Virus record (IMG/VR): IMGVR_UViG_3300036981_000286
Location: 1-64,000 of that record
From: a virus
Reading direction: 5' to 3' (one strand)
Length of the DNA stretch: 64,000 bases
Each line of letters starts with the position of its first letter. The first letter of the stretch is position 1. Below the pieces are notes generated by a model that ran no database searches, had not been told where the DNA came from, and saw nothing but the letters and a program-made list of their open reading frames with translations. Below, in pieces: positions 1 through 8,797 of the stretch. Both the position numbers and the translations under genes were made by a program.

Positions 1-61
1 TGACGCCGTGCGCAACAAGTTATTTGACGAGTTGAGCGACAGAAATATTGTGCTGGAATGA
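1..61 (+). CDS. 3' end of a gene truncated by the window edge
   Basis: Frame 2 reads open (DAVRNKLFDELSDRNIVLE) to TGA at 59-61. Confidence 0.4.
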   Translation, partial: DAVRNKLFDELSDRNIVLE

Positions 62-92
62 TCTTTGTAACTAAATATTAAAGGACAATTTA

Positions 93-494
93 ATGGCCGA
101 TTTAATTACCCAAGGAACTGCTGAGGCTGCTATTGCCGTGAGCCTGAGTGGCTTGACAGTAGAGTTGATGGGCAAGGGCGCTGAAAACATCAGGGCCCGA
201 GTTATCGCTGATACTGTACTGATAAGACTAATCGGCTCGCTGACAAATACTGAGCAGCACTTAGCCTCGACGCCGGACGGCTGTGAATTACTGCAGTTGT
301 TCAGACGGCGCTTGATGGTTACTGGCATTGGCCCGCCTTTGCGCGTAGCCATAGAAAAGCTGCTTTGTACGGCTGTGTTAGGTATGTTTTACGACTGCAA
401 CGTCCTAATGAACGAAGAAATCTTTGTATTTACCTTGCTTGCGGCGCCTGTGTTCCGCGCTAACGGGAGAGATAAAAAAAGCACGTGGAGCTAG
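93..494 (+). CDS. DUF2294 / MpsC-like family protein
   Basis: TQGTAEAAI...MGKGAENIRARV...LIGSLTNTEQHL...EEIFVFTL matches the DUF2294 pattern; SD aagga upstream. Confidence 0.75.
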   Translation: MADLITQGTAEAAIAVSLSGLTVELMGKGAENIRARVIADTVLIRLIGSLTNTEQHLASTPDGCELLQLFRRRLMVTGIGPPLRVAIEKLLCTAVLGMFYDCNVLMNEEIFVFTLLAAPVFRANGRDKKSTWS

Positions 495-513
495 CAACTC
501 CGCGTGTTTTTTT
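475..513 (+). terminator. Intrinsic terminator
   Basis: aaaaaagcacgtggag-ctagcaa-ctccgcgtgttttttt hairpin with U-tract. Confidence 0.75.
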
Positions 514-514
514 A

Positions 515-562
515 GCTATTCCAACTTACTGGTAATTCCAGATAGTTGCGCTGACAGCTAAA
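515..562 (+). repeat. 48-bp direct repeat, copy 1 (inter-cassette spacer)
   Basis: gctattccaacttactggtaattccagatagttgcgctgacagctaaa, identical to 949-996. Confidence 0.95.
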
Positions 563-610
563 AAAGATCTTTGCAGGTTGATATCAAAACTAAATAACTA
601 CGATATCTTT

Positions 611-622
611 GGCATATTAAAT
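611..622 (+). promoter_or_regulatory. Putative phage early promoter motif GGCATATTAAAT
   Basis: Motif recurs at 1013, 3164, 3687 and 56717, always upstream of a terminator-bounded unit. Confidence 0.65.
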
Positions 623-702
623 GAGCTACGGGCGCGGTATCCGTAGTTTGCCAGCGTGTGGTTAGCTTTAACCCGCGGCTACACATACCGAAGGAGCGCG
701 TT

Positions 703-903
703 ATGTTTACTATTATTCTGGCGGTGATCACGGTAGCCCTCGTGGCCGATAGAATCAGGCTAAGTTTCTTGGTCCACGATCTGGAAACGGATCTGGATCG
801 CAGTCAAGGGGAGGCTATATTTCTCTGGTCCTGCATCAAGGACAAGGAAAAGGAAATCTGCCGGCAGCACGAACTGCGCGCCCAGCAGCGCAAGCTGGGC
901 TGA
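703..903 (+). CDS. Small membrane protein with coiled-coil tail (early cassette)
   Basis: SD aaggag then ATG 703 (track ORF starts at 658); N-terminal hydrophobic helix. Confidence 0.6.
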   Translation: MFTIILAVITVALVADRIRLSFLVHDLETDLDRSQGEAIFLWSCIKDKEKEICRQHELRAQQRKLG

Positions 904-953
904 AGAAAAGCGCACCTGGGCGAAAGCCTAGCTCTGCGCTTTCTTTTTGCTAT
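902..953 (+). terminator. Intrinsic terminator, 52-bp repeat copy 1
   Basis: aaagcgca...tgcgcttt stem with U-tract; identical to 1486-1537. Confidence 0.8.
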
Positions 954-996
954 TCCAACTTACTGGTAATTCCAGATAGTTGCGCTGACAGCTAAA
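949..996 (+). repeat. 48-bp direct repeat, copy 2
   Basis: Identical to 515-562. Confidence 0.95.
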
Positions 997-1012
997 TATC
1001 TACGATATCGTA

Positions 1013-1024
1013 GGCATATTAAAT
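1013..1024 (+). promoter_or_regulatory. Putative early promoter motif GGCATATTAAAT
   Basis: Preceded by ctacgatatc, as at 598-607. Confidence 0.65.
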
Positions 1025-1074
1025 AAGGGACATACCGCCGTCCCAAAATTGGCGGCAGTTAAAAGGAGAAAAGC

Positions 1075-1485
1075 ATGTACACGATCTGGACTAGCTCTAC
1101 ACGTTTTGAGTACCACCCGCCCCTCGACGCCGACAAGAGCCGGGGCAATGTGCAGGAAACTGCATATTGGTTCGAGCCGGTCGCGGTCGCCTCGGGGCTC
1201 TCGCATGTGCAGGCCATCGGCCTGATCCGAGAGCTCTCGGACGCTGCCGTCATCCCTGGCGCGGAAAGGATTAGGTCTGCCGGGTACGGCCCGCGGGACC
1301 GCCGCGAGCTCGCCGCCGAAATGGCCTTCGGCAACAAGACCACCGTCACCGTCCGCTCGTACTGGGCCACCCAGGACGGTGTAGGCCCCGAGGGCGAACT
1401 GTTGATGGACACGGTGGCTGGGGAAGCTACCCCAGCTGGGAACTTCAGCGGTGGTCTGTTCTCGTGCAGTTCCCCGCCCGCCTGA
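1075..1485 (+). CDS. Hypothetical protein (early cassette)
   Basis: Strong SD aaggag; GC-rich third codon positions; lies between promoter motif and terminator. Confidence 0.7.
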   Translation: MYTIWTSSTRFEYHPPLDADKSRGNVQETAYWFEPVAVASGLSHVQAIGLIRELSDAAVIPGAERIRSAGYGPRDRRELAAEMAFGNKTTVTVRSYWATQDGVGPEGELLMDTVAGEATPAGNFSGGLFSCSSPPA

Positions 1486-1537
1486 GAAGAAAAGCGCACC
1501 TGGGCGAAAGCCTAGCTCTGCGCTTTCTTTTTGCTAT
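1486..1537 (+). terminator. Intrinsic terminator, 52-bp repeat copy 2
   Basis: Identical to 902-953. Confidence 0.8.
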
Positions 1538-1633
1538 CAGCCCGGGCTTATGCTTGTGCGCGCCCTGGCCTTCTGCGAAAATAGCTTTGCATTCAGCTTG
1601 GGAAGCTTTTTATTACCTTATGGTAATTCTCTT

Positions 1634-1954
1634 ATGACACCATATGAATTTGGCCGAAGTATAAAGCTCGCTGTAACTAGCGCGCAGCCACCAGCCCCGA
1701 CAGCTTATGAGAAGACATGGCAGCCCAAGCAGCAGTCTTACGGTGGCACTACCAAGCTCATTCCCCCGATGACGCCTGCCATGGCTGCCCCAGGGCGCTC
1801 AGGTGGGACGTATAGGCACGCTATTGCTCGCCCGGCCCAGCTCAAGATCCAAGGCCGCCCCGAGCAAACTGAGCAGCTACGGCTTTCTCCAGACGGCGAA
1901 ATGGAGATCTATAACCCGCAGGCTGAATACGACGCCCGGCCGAATAACACATAA
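1634..1954 (+). CDS. Putative virion internal protein with N-terminal YEFG..KLA motif
   Basis: MTPYEFGRSIKLA resembles the FG/KxA motif of other ORFs; the track's 1451 start would run through the terminator. Confidence 0.6.
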   Translation: MTPYEFGRSIKLAVTSAQPPAPTAYEKTWQPKQQSYGGTTKLIPPMTPAMAAPGRSGGTYRHAIARPAQLKIQGRPEQTEQLRLSPDGEMEIYNPQAEYDARPNNT

Positions 1955-1980
1955 AATATCTTTGTAGGAATATACCAATT

Positions 1981-3066
1981 ATGCCTTTTCGTTCAGAAAA
2001 GCAACGTAGATATTTATTCTCTAAACACCCTGAACTTGCCAAGCGGTGGGCGCAGGAATACCCCGAATCGAATAAGGGCTTGCCAATGTATGCGCATAAT
2101 AACAAAAACCAGCATTCTGACGACTCTGTAAGCAAAGAGCAAGGAATCAAGCAGGGTATCTTGGGAATAATCAAAGCTTCTAGGTATATGGGTAAATTCC
2201 CTAATGATATCTTTGTAGCTCGAGTAAAACAGCGTAATTCCCCAGTAAACACCAAGGTTTCCAACTCTATTTTGAATTACGTGGCTGTTCCGCATAGTAG
2301 CCAGCCAGTTTCAGCCGGCGAAGAGCAAGTAATGTCTGCGGGTGCTGTCCTTGGGAATAAAGACAACGATAAGTCTTTGTCAGTAAGTAATAAAAACCAA
2401 GATCCTGTAGAGAGATTATTTGGGATCTCGAGCAAGTGTTCTTCGGCTTCGGCAAACCCTGCGAATGCAGAAATTGCGCCGATACTGAAGGAATTAGGCT
2501 TAGCGTGGCAGAAAGCTAGTGCGGTGATGAAACCCGGGAAAAACGTGCAGGCGATGATCCAGGCGAACATGGCAGCAAAGGATAAAGCGCAGAATGTGGC
2601 TCGTGGAATATTGGGCTCGGCGCGTGGGCTAGATCGTGGAACGGCCCAAATTTCAGCTCCCGACCCCTATCGCTTCTCTTCCCAGCAAAAAACTGATGGA
2701 TTAAACCTCCCGGCACTTTCCCGCGGTGTGAATACCCTGAAATTGCAGCGCCAAATGGCTCAAAACCCACTACCCTTGGGCCATCCGAGCGGAAATGGGC
2801 AGCAAACCCCGAATAATACCCCTGTTGCGAGCTATCCGGGTATGGCTAGTTCTCCTCCTCCAGCGAACACGCGATTGAACAGCAACGTAGCCGCTGGCCG
2901 AAGTGCCCGGACTGATCCTATTGGGAAACAGGGCCCGCTAACTATGGAAAACGGCAAGCCAAGCTTTACTCAGAATTTAACTGGGAATAACGCCCTTGGA
3001 GGCGCCGGGAATATGCACGGACTCGAAGGCGGGATCTCAAGCTTTGGTATCAAGCGCATGTCGTGA
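1981..3066 (+). CDS. Low-complexity putative virion internal protein
   Basis: N-terminal MPFRSEKQRRYLF...AKRW motif of a type seen in phage proteins; N/G/P-rich remainder; QKAS junction. Confidence 0.65.
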   Translation: MPFRSEKQRRYLFSKHPELAKRWAQEYPESNKGLPMYAHNNKNQHSDDSVSKEQGIKQGILGIIKASRYMGKFPNDIFVARVKQRNSPVNTKVSNSILNYVAVPHSSQPVSAGEEQVMSAGAVLGNKDNDKSLSVSNKNQDPVERLFGISSKCSSASANPANAEIAPILKELGLAWQKASAVMKPGKNVQAMIQANMAAKDKAQNVARGILGSARGLDRGTAQISAPDPYRFSSQQKTDGLNLPALSRGVNTLKLQRQMAQNPLPLGHPSGNGQQTPNNTPVASYPGMASSPPPANTRLNSNVAAGRSARTDPIGKQGPLTMENGKPSFTQNLTGNNALGGAGNMHGLEGGISSFGIKRMS

Positions 3067-3163
3067 TAAAATACCTAGAGAGATATTCAGAGAGAGATAT
3101 TTTCTAGCGTTTCTGGCCCCACCCCCAGCAAACTCCTGATACCTAAAAAAAAGCTGAAATACT

Positions 3164-3175
3164 GGCATATACTAT
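3164..3175 (+). promoter_or_regulatory. Putative early promoter variant GGCATATACTAT
   Basis: Same motif family; precedes an ORF-less structured region. Confidence 0.55.
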
Positions 3176-3538
3176 GAGGGAGCTTATGCTCTCCTCATAA
3201 GCTCGTCTCCGGACCCAGCCCCCTGCGCACTTGTCGAACACCCAAGTGCGTAGGGCGAGGCTGGGTTCAGGCGTTTACGGGCGTGTCAGCAGCAGGGCCC
3301 ATACTAAAAGCACTGACTCTCTCGCCCCAACGGATCTGCAGCGCGCTAGATCCGTGGCAAAGTTGCTCGTTTCGCAACTGGGCGAGAGATGAGCCGAAAC
3401 GCTTAAGCTTAAACGCTTAAGAGTAAATCATGTACACCAGAGAAGCTTAGTCAGCGCGCGACTCGGCTTCTCTGGCGCGGTATCCAGCCGTAGTGACGAA
3501 AGTGGACTAGAGCAGGCTTCGGCGCTGCTCTTTTTTTT
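3174..3538 (+). ncRNA. Candidate ~350-nt structured non-coding RNA
   Basis: No ORF in the track; bounded by promoter motif and terminator; several long stems (cccagcc/ggctggg, tgcgcacttg/caagtgcgta, ctctcgccca/tgggcgagag, ccagagaagc/gcttctctgg). Confidence 0.6.
3509..3538 (+). terminator. Intrinsic terminator
   Basis: agagcag-gcttcggcg-ctgctct followed by a T run. Confidence 0.8.
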
Positions 3539-3686
3539 GATATTAGCGCTTAGGGATATAGCTGGGTTATATCTCTCTAGCTATCTCTCTGGCATTACTG
3601 GGGCTAATACTAGGAGTATAAGCACGCGTAATACTCGGGTTATTAGCCCGAAAGCTAGCATTGGGCTAAATACAGGCCAAATACCC

Positions 3687-3698
3687 GGCATATGAAAT
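3687..3698 (+). promoter_or_regulatory. Putative early promoter variant GGCATATGAAAT
   Basis: Same motif family, upstream of ORF 3785. Confidence 0.55.
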
Positions 3699-3784
3699 AA
3701 GGAAGATTATGGTGTTCCGAGGGTATTCATCCTCGCCATGTTCTTCTCTGGGGACTAGCACCCTAAGCTAGAAGGAGAGTTATC

Positions 3785-4327
3785 ATGTCCAATAACAACA
3801 CCGCCGTCGAGATCACCACCCCGGTCGAGGCGGTCGTGGCCGAGACCCCGGTCGTCGAGACGCCCAAGGCCCCCGAGGCCAAGGCGCCGAAGATCGACAT
3901 CGTGACCCGCTTTAAGGCGGACGCGGAGTCGGTCAAGAAGGCGTTCCAGGCGCGCTTCTCGGCGGTGAGCATCAAGACGCCCACGGAGATCGGCATCGCC
4001 TGCCTGATCTGCCTGATCGTCGGCAGCCTCGGGGCTACGACGATCAACGCGGCCTCGATCGCCGCGGCCGAGAAGGCGAAGGTGCAGGCGGTGGAGGAGG
4101 CCGACAAGGCCGTGCGGGTGGCGAAGGCGGAAGCCGGAGTGCCCCCGACGTTCCTGCAGAGCCTGTACGGCGTGACGGTCCGGCCCGTGTCGGACGCCGC
4201 GCAGTATAGCTACGGCGCGGCGAAGAACGCGGACGGTCGCGCTTATGGCGCGGTCACGTCCACGTTCGCCTCGGGCTCCTCCGAGGCCCCGACGGTCAAG
4301 GTGGTGGCTCCGGCTGCGACCAAGTGA
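3785..4327 (+). CDS. Membrane-anchored Ala-rich hypothetical protein (early cassette)
   Basis: SD aaggag; very high GC3; central hydrophobic segment IGIACLICLIVGSLG. Confidence 0.75.
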   Translation: MSNNNTAVEITTPVEAVVAETPVVETPKAPEAKAPKIDIVTRFKADAESVKKAFQARFSAVSIKTPTEIGIACLICLIVGSLGATTINAASIAAAEKAKVQAVEEADKAVRVAKAEAGVPPTFLQSLYGVTVRPVSDAAQYSYGAAKNADGRAYGAVTSTFASGSSEAPTVKVVAPAATK

Positions 4328-4373
4328 TCTAGTAGGCGTTACTCACGGGTAACACTCACGGGTAACGCCTACG

Positions 4374-4428
4374 AAAGAAAGCGCATGGGGTAACGCCCAA
4401 GCCCTGTGCGCTTTTCTTTTGCTATCAG
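4374..4428 (+). terminator. Intrinsic terminator related to the 902/1486 copies
   Basis: aaagcgca...tgcgcttt stem then tcttttgctatcag. Confidence 0.75.
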
Positions 4429-4642
4429 AGCTTCCATGTATAAAGCCTAATACAGCCTAGGCCTAGCCTGCCCCGGGGTACACCTCAATGAAGTGTTTTT
4501 TAAAAAACAAGGGGGGTGGGGTCGAGGAGTCCCTGGTTTATAAATTCCAGAAAACAAAGCAAATCGTTATTTTGGTACTTTTTGAGTTTGCTAGTTTTTT
4601 TGCATACGCTGAGTTAAAATCAGCATATATTCGGAGTGTGCT

Positions 4643-5809
4643 ATGCCTGAAAATTCTGCGCCGACTGTAGAAAACACCCCCGCAGGTGTACAACCGTATA
4701 GGGGTCACTTTTCGGATCCGTTAGCGACCGGCGGTGTGGGTGCGCTTTTTGGCGCTGCTATAGGTGGCGCACACGCTCCAAAGGGGAAGTTGCTGAAATA
4801 CCTATTAGGCGGAGCTGGCATAGGTAGTGTTGCTGGCGCGACAACCAGTTTAGGCCGAAATATGGGACAGTACGCCGCGAATCACGTTTCTGACAAATAC
4901 CAGCTTACTGGAAATTCTGAAGCGCTCGCCCAGCTCGGTCTTCCGATCTCTGGAATTATTGGCGGCGGATTACTCTCGTTGCCAGTAATTCACCGGATCA
5001 ACGAAGAACTCGAGCACAACCCCGAAGCTCGCCAGCGCAAACAAGAAAAAACAGCGGCGTATAAATTTGGCAAAAGCATAGCTGACAATCTCTCGACGCT
5101 ATCGCTGGGGAATTCTTCGGCGCCGGCCCAAAATAAACTTATGACTAGCGGCTCGGGGATGTCTTTACCGCCTATGCCAAAATCACCGCCCCCGACATAT
5201 TCTGGCGGCAATGGTTATACCGGCAAAACTCCGTCGTGGTCTAATCTAGCAAACAATATGGCGGCAAACTCTGGTCGGGTAGGCAACGGTATTCTATCGA
5301 CCGCCGCGGGAAGTGTTGGCGCGCTCGGTGGTTCTGTAGCGGCCTTGGGAAACAGCATGTGGAACGCTGTCACGCCAAAAAGCATGAACACGTCTGACAA
5401 TTTTACTGCCGGCATTAGCGATGGCATAGACGCGTCTGGCGAGTTTGCCCTCAATGGCGCACAAGACGTTTATGGGGGCCTGGGCGGCGACACAAATTAC
5501 CAAACACAAAACGCATGGAATCAAATGGAGCGCGCGCAGAACGACTCAAGCGTTTCGCCAGCGCTCAGGACTACATCGCAAATATCTAGCAATGTCGGGT
5601 ATGGCGCAATGGCCGCGGCTCAGGCGTTAGCAAATCCCGCCAAAGCTGGTTTAGGTTACGCCGCGCTTGGAACTGGGCGGTTTGGCTCTGGCCTGCAAAA
5701 CATGTCAAATGTAAATCGCGGCGCAAAGACGCTCGCTACAATAAATAACGTCGACACCGTATCCGGTCTTGGCCAAATGGGTAACAGCTTTTTAAATGCC
5801 GCACAATAA
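4643..5809 (+). CDS. Glycine-zipper putative virion internal/ejection protein
   Basis: GxxxG-rich helices; EKTAAYKFGKSIA junction. Confidence 0.65.
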   Translation: MPENSAPTVENTPAGVQPYRGHFSDPLATGGVGALFGAAIGGAHAPKGKLLKYLLGGAGIGSVAGATTSLGRNMGQYAANHVSDKYQLTGNSEALAQLGLPISGIIGGGLLSLPVIHRINEELEHNPEARQRKQEKTAAYKFGKSIADNLSTLSLGNSSAPAQNKLMTSGSGMSLPPMPKSPPPTYSGGNGYTGKTPSWSNLANNMAANSGRVGNGILSTAAGSVGALGGSVAALGNSMWNAVTPKSMNTSDNFTAGISDGIDASGEFALNGAQDVYGGLGGDTNYQTQNAWNQMERAQNDSSVSPALRTTSQISSNVGYGAMAAAQALANPAKAGLGYAALGTGRFGSGLQNMSNVNRGAKTLATINNVDTVSGLGQMGNSFLNAAQ

Positions 5810-5829
5810 AAAGAGCACAGGAGTTAAGC

Positions 5830-7497
5830 ATGAGCGACGCTACTAATTTTGGAAAACAAGCTGCTAATGCCTGGGGCGCAGCTGGAACTCTTGCAAGAAG
5901 AGCAATTACGGGTTTAACCGGCGCAGGAACGCCGGCAGCGAAGGCTACAAATATGCCGAAAGTCACGATCTCGCCTGCGGATGTTGCTCAAGCCGGCCGG
6001 CAAATGCCTGCTCCGGCTATGCCCAAGCCCCCGACCGCGCCCAAAATTACAGTCTCTCCCGCCGAGGCTGCTGCTGGTCGGGCTAAAGTCACAATTACAA
6101 ATAATGATCTTGCGGCTAAACCTTCTGCGGCGGCCACTGCGACGCCACCCAAATTAACGCCTGTGGAAATGGCTGAAATGAAGCGCATGAACGCCGCTGG
6201 CCAAGGATATACCCTTCCGACTAATCGAGCTCCCGTCGTCGCGCGAGCTACCCAGCAAAACGCAGACGCGGCCATGCGAGCGCGACTTAATGCTGGCGGC
6301 GGAACTCCTCAAGAACTGCAGAAAGTTTTGGGCCCGACATTTGGTGAAAATGCCGCGCGTGTTGCTGGTGCGGGCAAAGCTCAGCCAGCCATGCCTCCTG
6401 CGGCGCCAATCAGAATTTCGCCATTGGAAGCTGCTGCCGGCCGGGCTAAAGTCACAATTACGCCCGAAGAAGTGGCTGCTGTGAAATCTGGCGCGGCTAA
6501 GTTTGGCCGCAAGGTCGCAAACCGCGTGGACTTCTACGAACGGGCCCCAAAAGACGAAACTAAAAAGAAGCTGCCTGACCACGAGATTTTTAACAACGCG
6601 CTCATGCGGGCCGAAGCTGCAGGCGAGAAGCCGAGCGCTGAGTTATTTAACAGCATCGGCAGCGAATACAAGGAAAAAGCTAAAAAAGAAGCTAAGAGCA
6701 AGTGCGTTCCGTGTGATTCGGGTATGTACAAGAATTATGACCGCGGCGTGTATCAAACTGGCCCGATGCAAGCTATGGACGCCGACGAGGCCATTTCAAA
6801 AGCTAATGGCGGCGTAGAAGCTACTGAAGAGACCGAGCACGCTGAAAAAGACATTCACAACTCTGGCCAAAAAAGCGCTTACGCGTTTGGCTGGAAGGTT
6901 GCATTTGATTTAGAGAATTTAACGGGTAATGTTGCGCCGTCCTCGAGTCGGCCGATGCGACCTAATATGCTGGATCAAATGCCTGCAAAAGTGTCGCCGT
7001 ATTCTTCTGAGTATGCGCCCGGGCAAGCACCGTCGCGAATGCCGCCAGTGTCGCCGCAGAAACTTGACCTTGTTCCAGAAAAACTTACGCTGCTGGCGTC
7101 GTTGCTTAATGCTGGGCGTAGTGCTGGGCGTAGTGCTAGCAACGCAATAAGCTCGGGCGTGTCTGCGGTAAACGACGCACGGCTTAGCACCGGCAAAGCA
7201 ATAGGCGAGGGCGCTCATGCGCTCAGCGCGTACGGCCCTGAGCTTTGGACTGGCCCTGCAAAACCGGGTATGACACCGGGCTACAAGGCCCCTAAAGCTG
7301 ACGCCCCTAAAGCTGACGCTCCTAAAGCTGACGCCCCTAAAGCTGACGCGCCGGGTGCTGCGGCTGGTTTAGCTGGCTTGCCGTGGGGCACAATTGGCGG
7401 TGCTGGTCTTGGCGCTGCTGGGTTATCCGCGCTGGCGTATCACCTCATGAGCAAGAAGAAGAAAAAGAAACAAGACGGTAGCGACGAAGAAGGTTGA
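5830..7497 (+). CDS. Ala/Pro-rich modular putative virion protein
   Basis: Three FG/KxA junctions (NFGKQAA, KFGRKVA, KSAYAFGWKVA); C-terminal Gly-zipper plus poly-K. Confidence 0.7.
   Translation: MSDATNFGKQAANAWGAAGTLARRAITGLTGAGTPAAKATNMPKVTISPADVAQAGRQMPAPAMPKPPTAPKITVSPAEAAAGRAKVTITNNDLAAKPSAAATATPPKLTPVEMAEMKRMNAAGQGYTLPTNRAPVVARATQQNADAAMRARLNAGGGTPQELQKVLGPTFGENAARVAGAGKAQPAMPPAAPIRISPLEAAAGRAKVTITPEEVAAVKSGAAKFGRKVANRVDFYERAPKDETKKKLPDHEIFNNALMRAEAAGEKPSAELFNSIGSEYKEKAKKEAKSKCVPCDSGMYKNYDRGVYQTGPMQAMDADEAISKANGGVEATEETEHAEKDIHNSGQKSAYAFGWKVAFDLENLTGNVAPSSSRPMRPNMLDQMPAKVSPYSSEYAPGQAPSRMPPVSPQKLDLVPEKLTLLASLLNAGRSAGRSASNAISSGVSAVNDARLSTGKAIGEGAHALSAYGPELWTGPAKPGMTPGYKAPKADAPKADAPKADAPKADAPGAAAGLAGLPWGTIGGAGLGAAGLSALAYHLMSKKKKKKQDGSDEEG
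7291..7350 (+). repeat. 15-bp tandem repeat x4 (PKADA)
   Basis: cctaaagctgacgcN four times, in frame. Confidence 0.9.
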
Positions 7498-7528
7498 AAA
7501 AGCGGCTCACACATTAGGAAGCTTTTTC

Positions 7529-8797
7529 ATGTCAGACTTCACCGTTGACGACGCAGCGCAAATTGCACAGACAGACCCCACGCTAAGTGCAAACACTGAG
7601 CCGGGGTTTACGAACACGTACACGCCATACTCCAATATCCCAAAGGGTTATTTGGCTGCTGGCGTGCCTCTTGCAGGCGTCGGCGCACTTGGCTTAATGC
7701 TGCTGTATAAACGGCATCAAGAAGACCAGCAGCGTAAGAAACTTTTAAAAGCTGCAGACTGGCAGAGCATTAAAGCGCAGCTGCCGGGTGTGCATGCCAA
7801 GGATATTTTGCTTGGAGCTGCTGCGGGAGCTGGTGGTGGCGCGCTTTATGACCTGTTTTCTCCGACGCCTAAAGACAAGAAAAAATTACCGACAGCATTG
7901 CGGCGTATTCTTACGGGCGCGGCGATCGGTGGCGTGGGCGCAAATGTCGTCGGTGACCGCGCGCGTCGGTATATCTCTAACGTTAAAGTTCCGATTGGGT
8001 ACGGCAGCGCTGATTTAACGCCTAAATCTTTTGCGCAATTTGGGCGCGCGTTTTTTGCCGACAAGCCAGCCTACGATCCCGAAGAGCTCAAGGCACTTTT
8101 ACCCGCGTTTGGCGGGAACAAGGCCATACTCGACGACGTTGTGCAATCGCGCCGTGAACTTACTCGGCGGTCTTTTGGCGTGCATAGTGACGCGGGGGCA
8201 GATTACTGGCAGAAAAATAAAGGCGGCAAAGGCCCGGACTATTATTCGCTTAACGAGAAAGCGCCGGACTATTTGCAGCGCTTGAATAATTTGTTTATGC
8301 CGTCGCCTCGGAAACCAGAAGTTGCTTACAAAGGCCAGAATTTTACGCTCAGTAATCCGCAGAAAGCTATAGCCGCGCTAAATAACGCGGGCATGTCAGG
8401 GCAACACGTACAGCCAATCGACATTTTTGGTAGTAATACTCTTGTGGGCGACCAGCAGCTTGCTACAAAGCCAGACGGTAAAAACCTGGAAGGCCGTGTG
8501 CTTGATCGGTGGGACGTTACGCCAACTTCTGCCGAGAAGAAATACATCTGGGACGCGATCACCGGCCGAAAAGTTTTAAATCCTCGGTGGTATGGCGCGC
8601 AAGCAGAGCTGCCCGGTTATTCAAAAGACCAAACAAATACGTCTTTTATCGGCAGCTTGCTTGGCCGGCTTTTCTGGGACAACGTGCTTACTGAAGAGCA
8701 CCCGTGGGTAAGTCAGCGGTTTCGGTTTACAGAACCAAAAAGCATGCAGCTTATGAATGAAGCTGGTACGCCGCAATTAGAGCTTGAAGGCAAATAG
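7529..8797 (+). CDS. Glycine-zipper hypothetical protein
   Basis: Hydrophobic helix, LKAAD junction, GAAAGAGGG...KKK...GAAIGG hairpin, globular C-terminus. Confidence 0.7.
   Translation: MSDFTVDDAAQIAQTDPTLSANTEPGFTNTYTPYSNIPKGYLAAGVPLAGVGALGLMLLYKRHQEDQQRKKLLKAADWQSIKAQLPGVHAKDILLGAAAGAGGGALYDLFSPTPKDKKKLPTALRRILTGAAIGGVGANVVGDRARRYISNVKVPIGYGSADLTPKSFAQFGRAFFADKPAYDPEELKALLPAFGGNKAILDDVVQSRRELTRRSFGVHSDAGADYWQKNKGGKGPDYYSLNEKAPDYLQRLNNLFMPSPRKPEVAYKGQNFTLSNPQKAIAALNNAGMSGQHVQPIDIFGSNTLVGDQQLATKPDGKNLEGRVLDRWDVTPTSAEKKYIWDAITGRKVLNPRWYGAQAELPGYSKDQTNTSFIGSLLGRLFWDNVLTEEHPWVSQRFRFTEPKSMQLMNEAGTPQLELEGK

Noticed and set aside
515-1537. Repeats as a CRISPR array or integron attC array
   Set aside because: Only two copies of each, separated by whole genes; no cas or integrase gene; no GTTRRRY core pattern
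1451-1633. N-terminal extension of the ORF ending at 1954
   Set aside because: Runs through a terminator and overlaps the upstream gene; ATG 1634 gives the shared FG/KxA N-terminus
3174-3538. tmRNA, RNase P or hammerhead identity for the ncRNA candidate
   Set aside because: No tRNA-like ends or tag ORF, no GAGGAAAGUCC, no CUGANGA...GAAA core in the right arrangement
4488-4670. 60-aa ORF upstream of 4643
   Set aside because: Lies in low-complexity A/T/G-run sequence with no SD; probably non-coding
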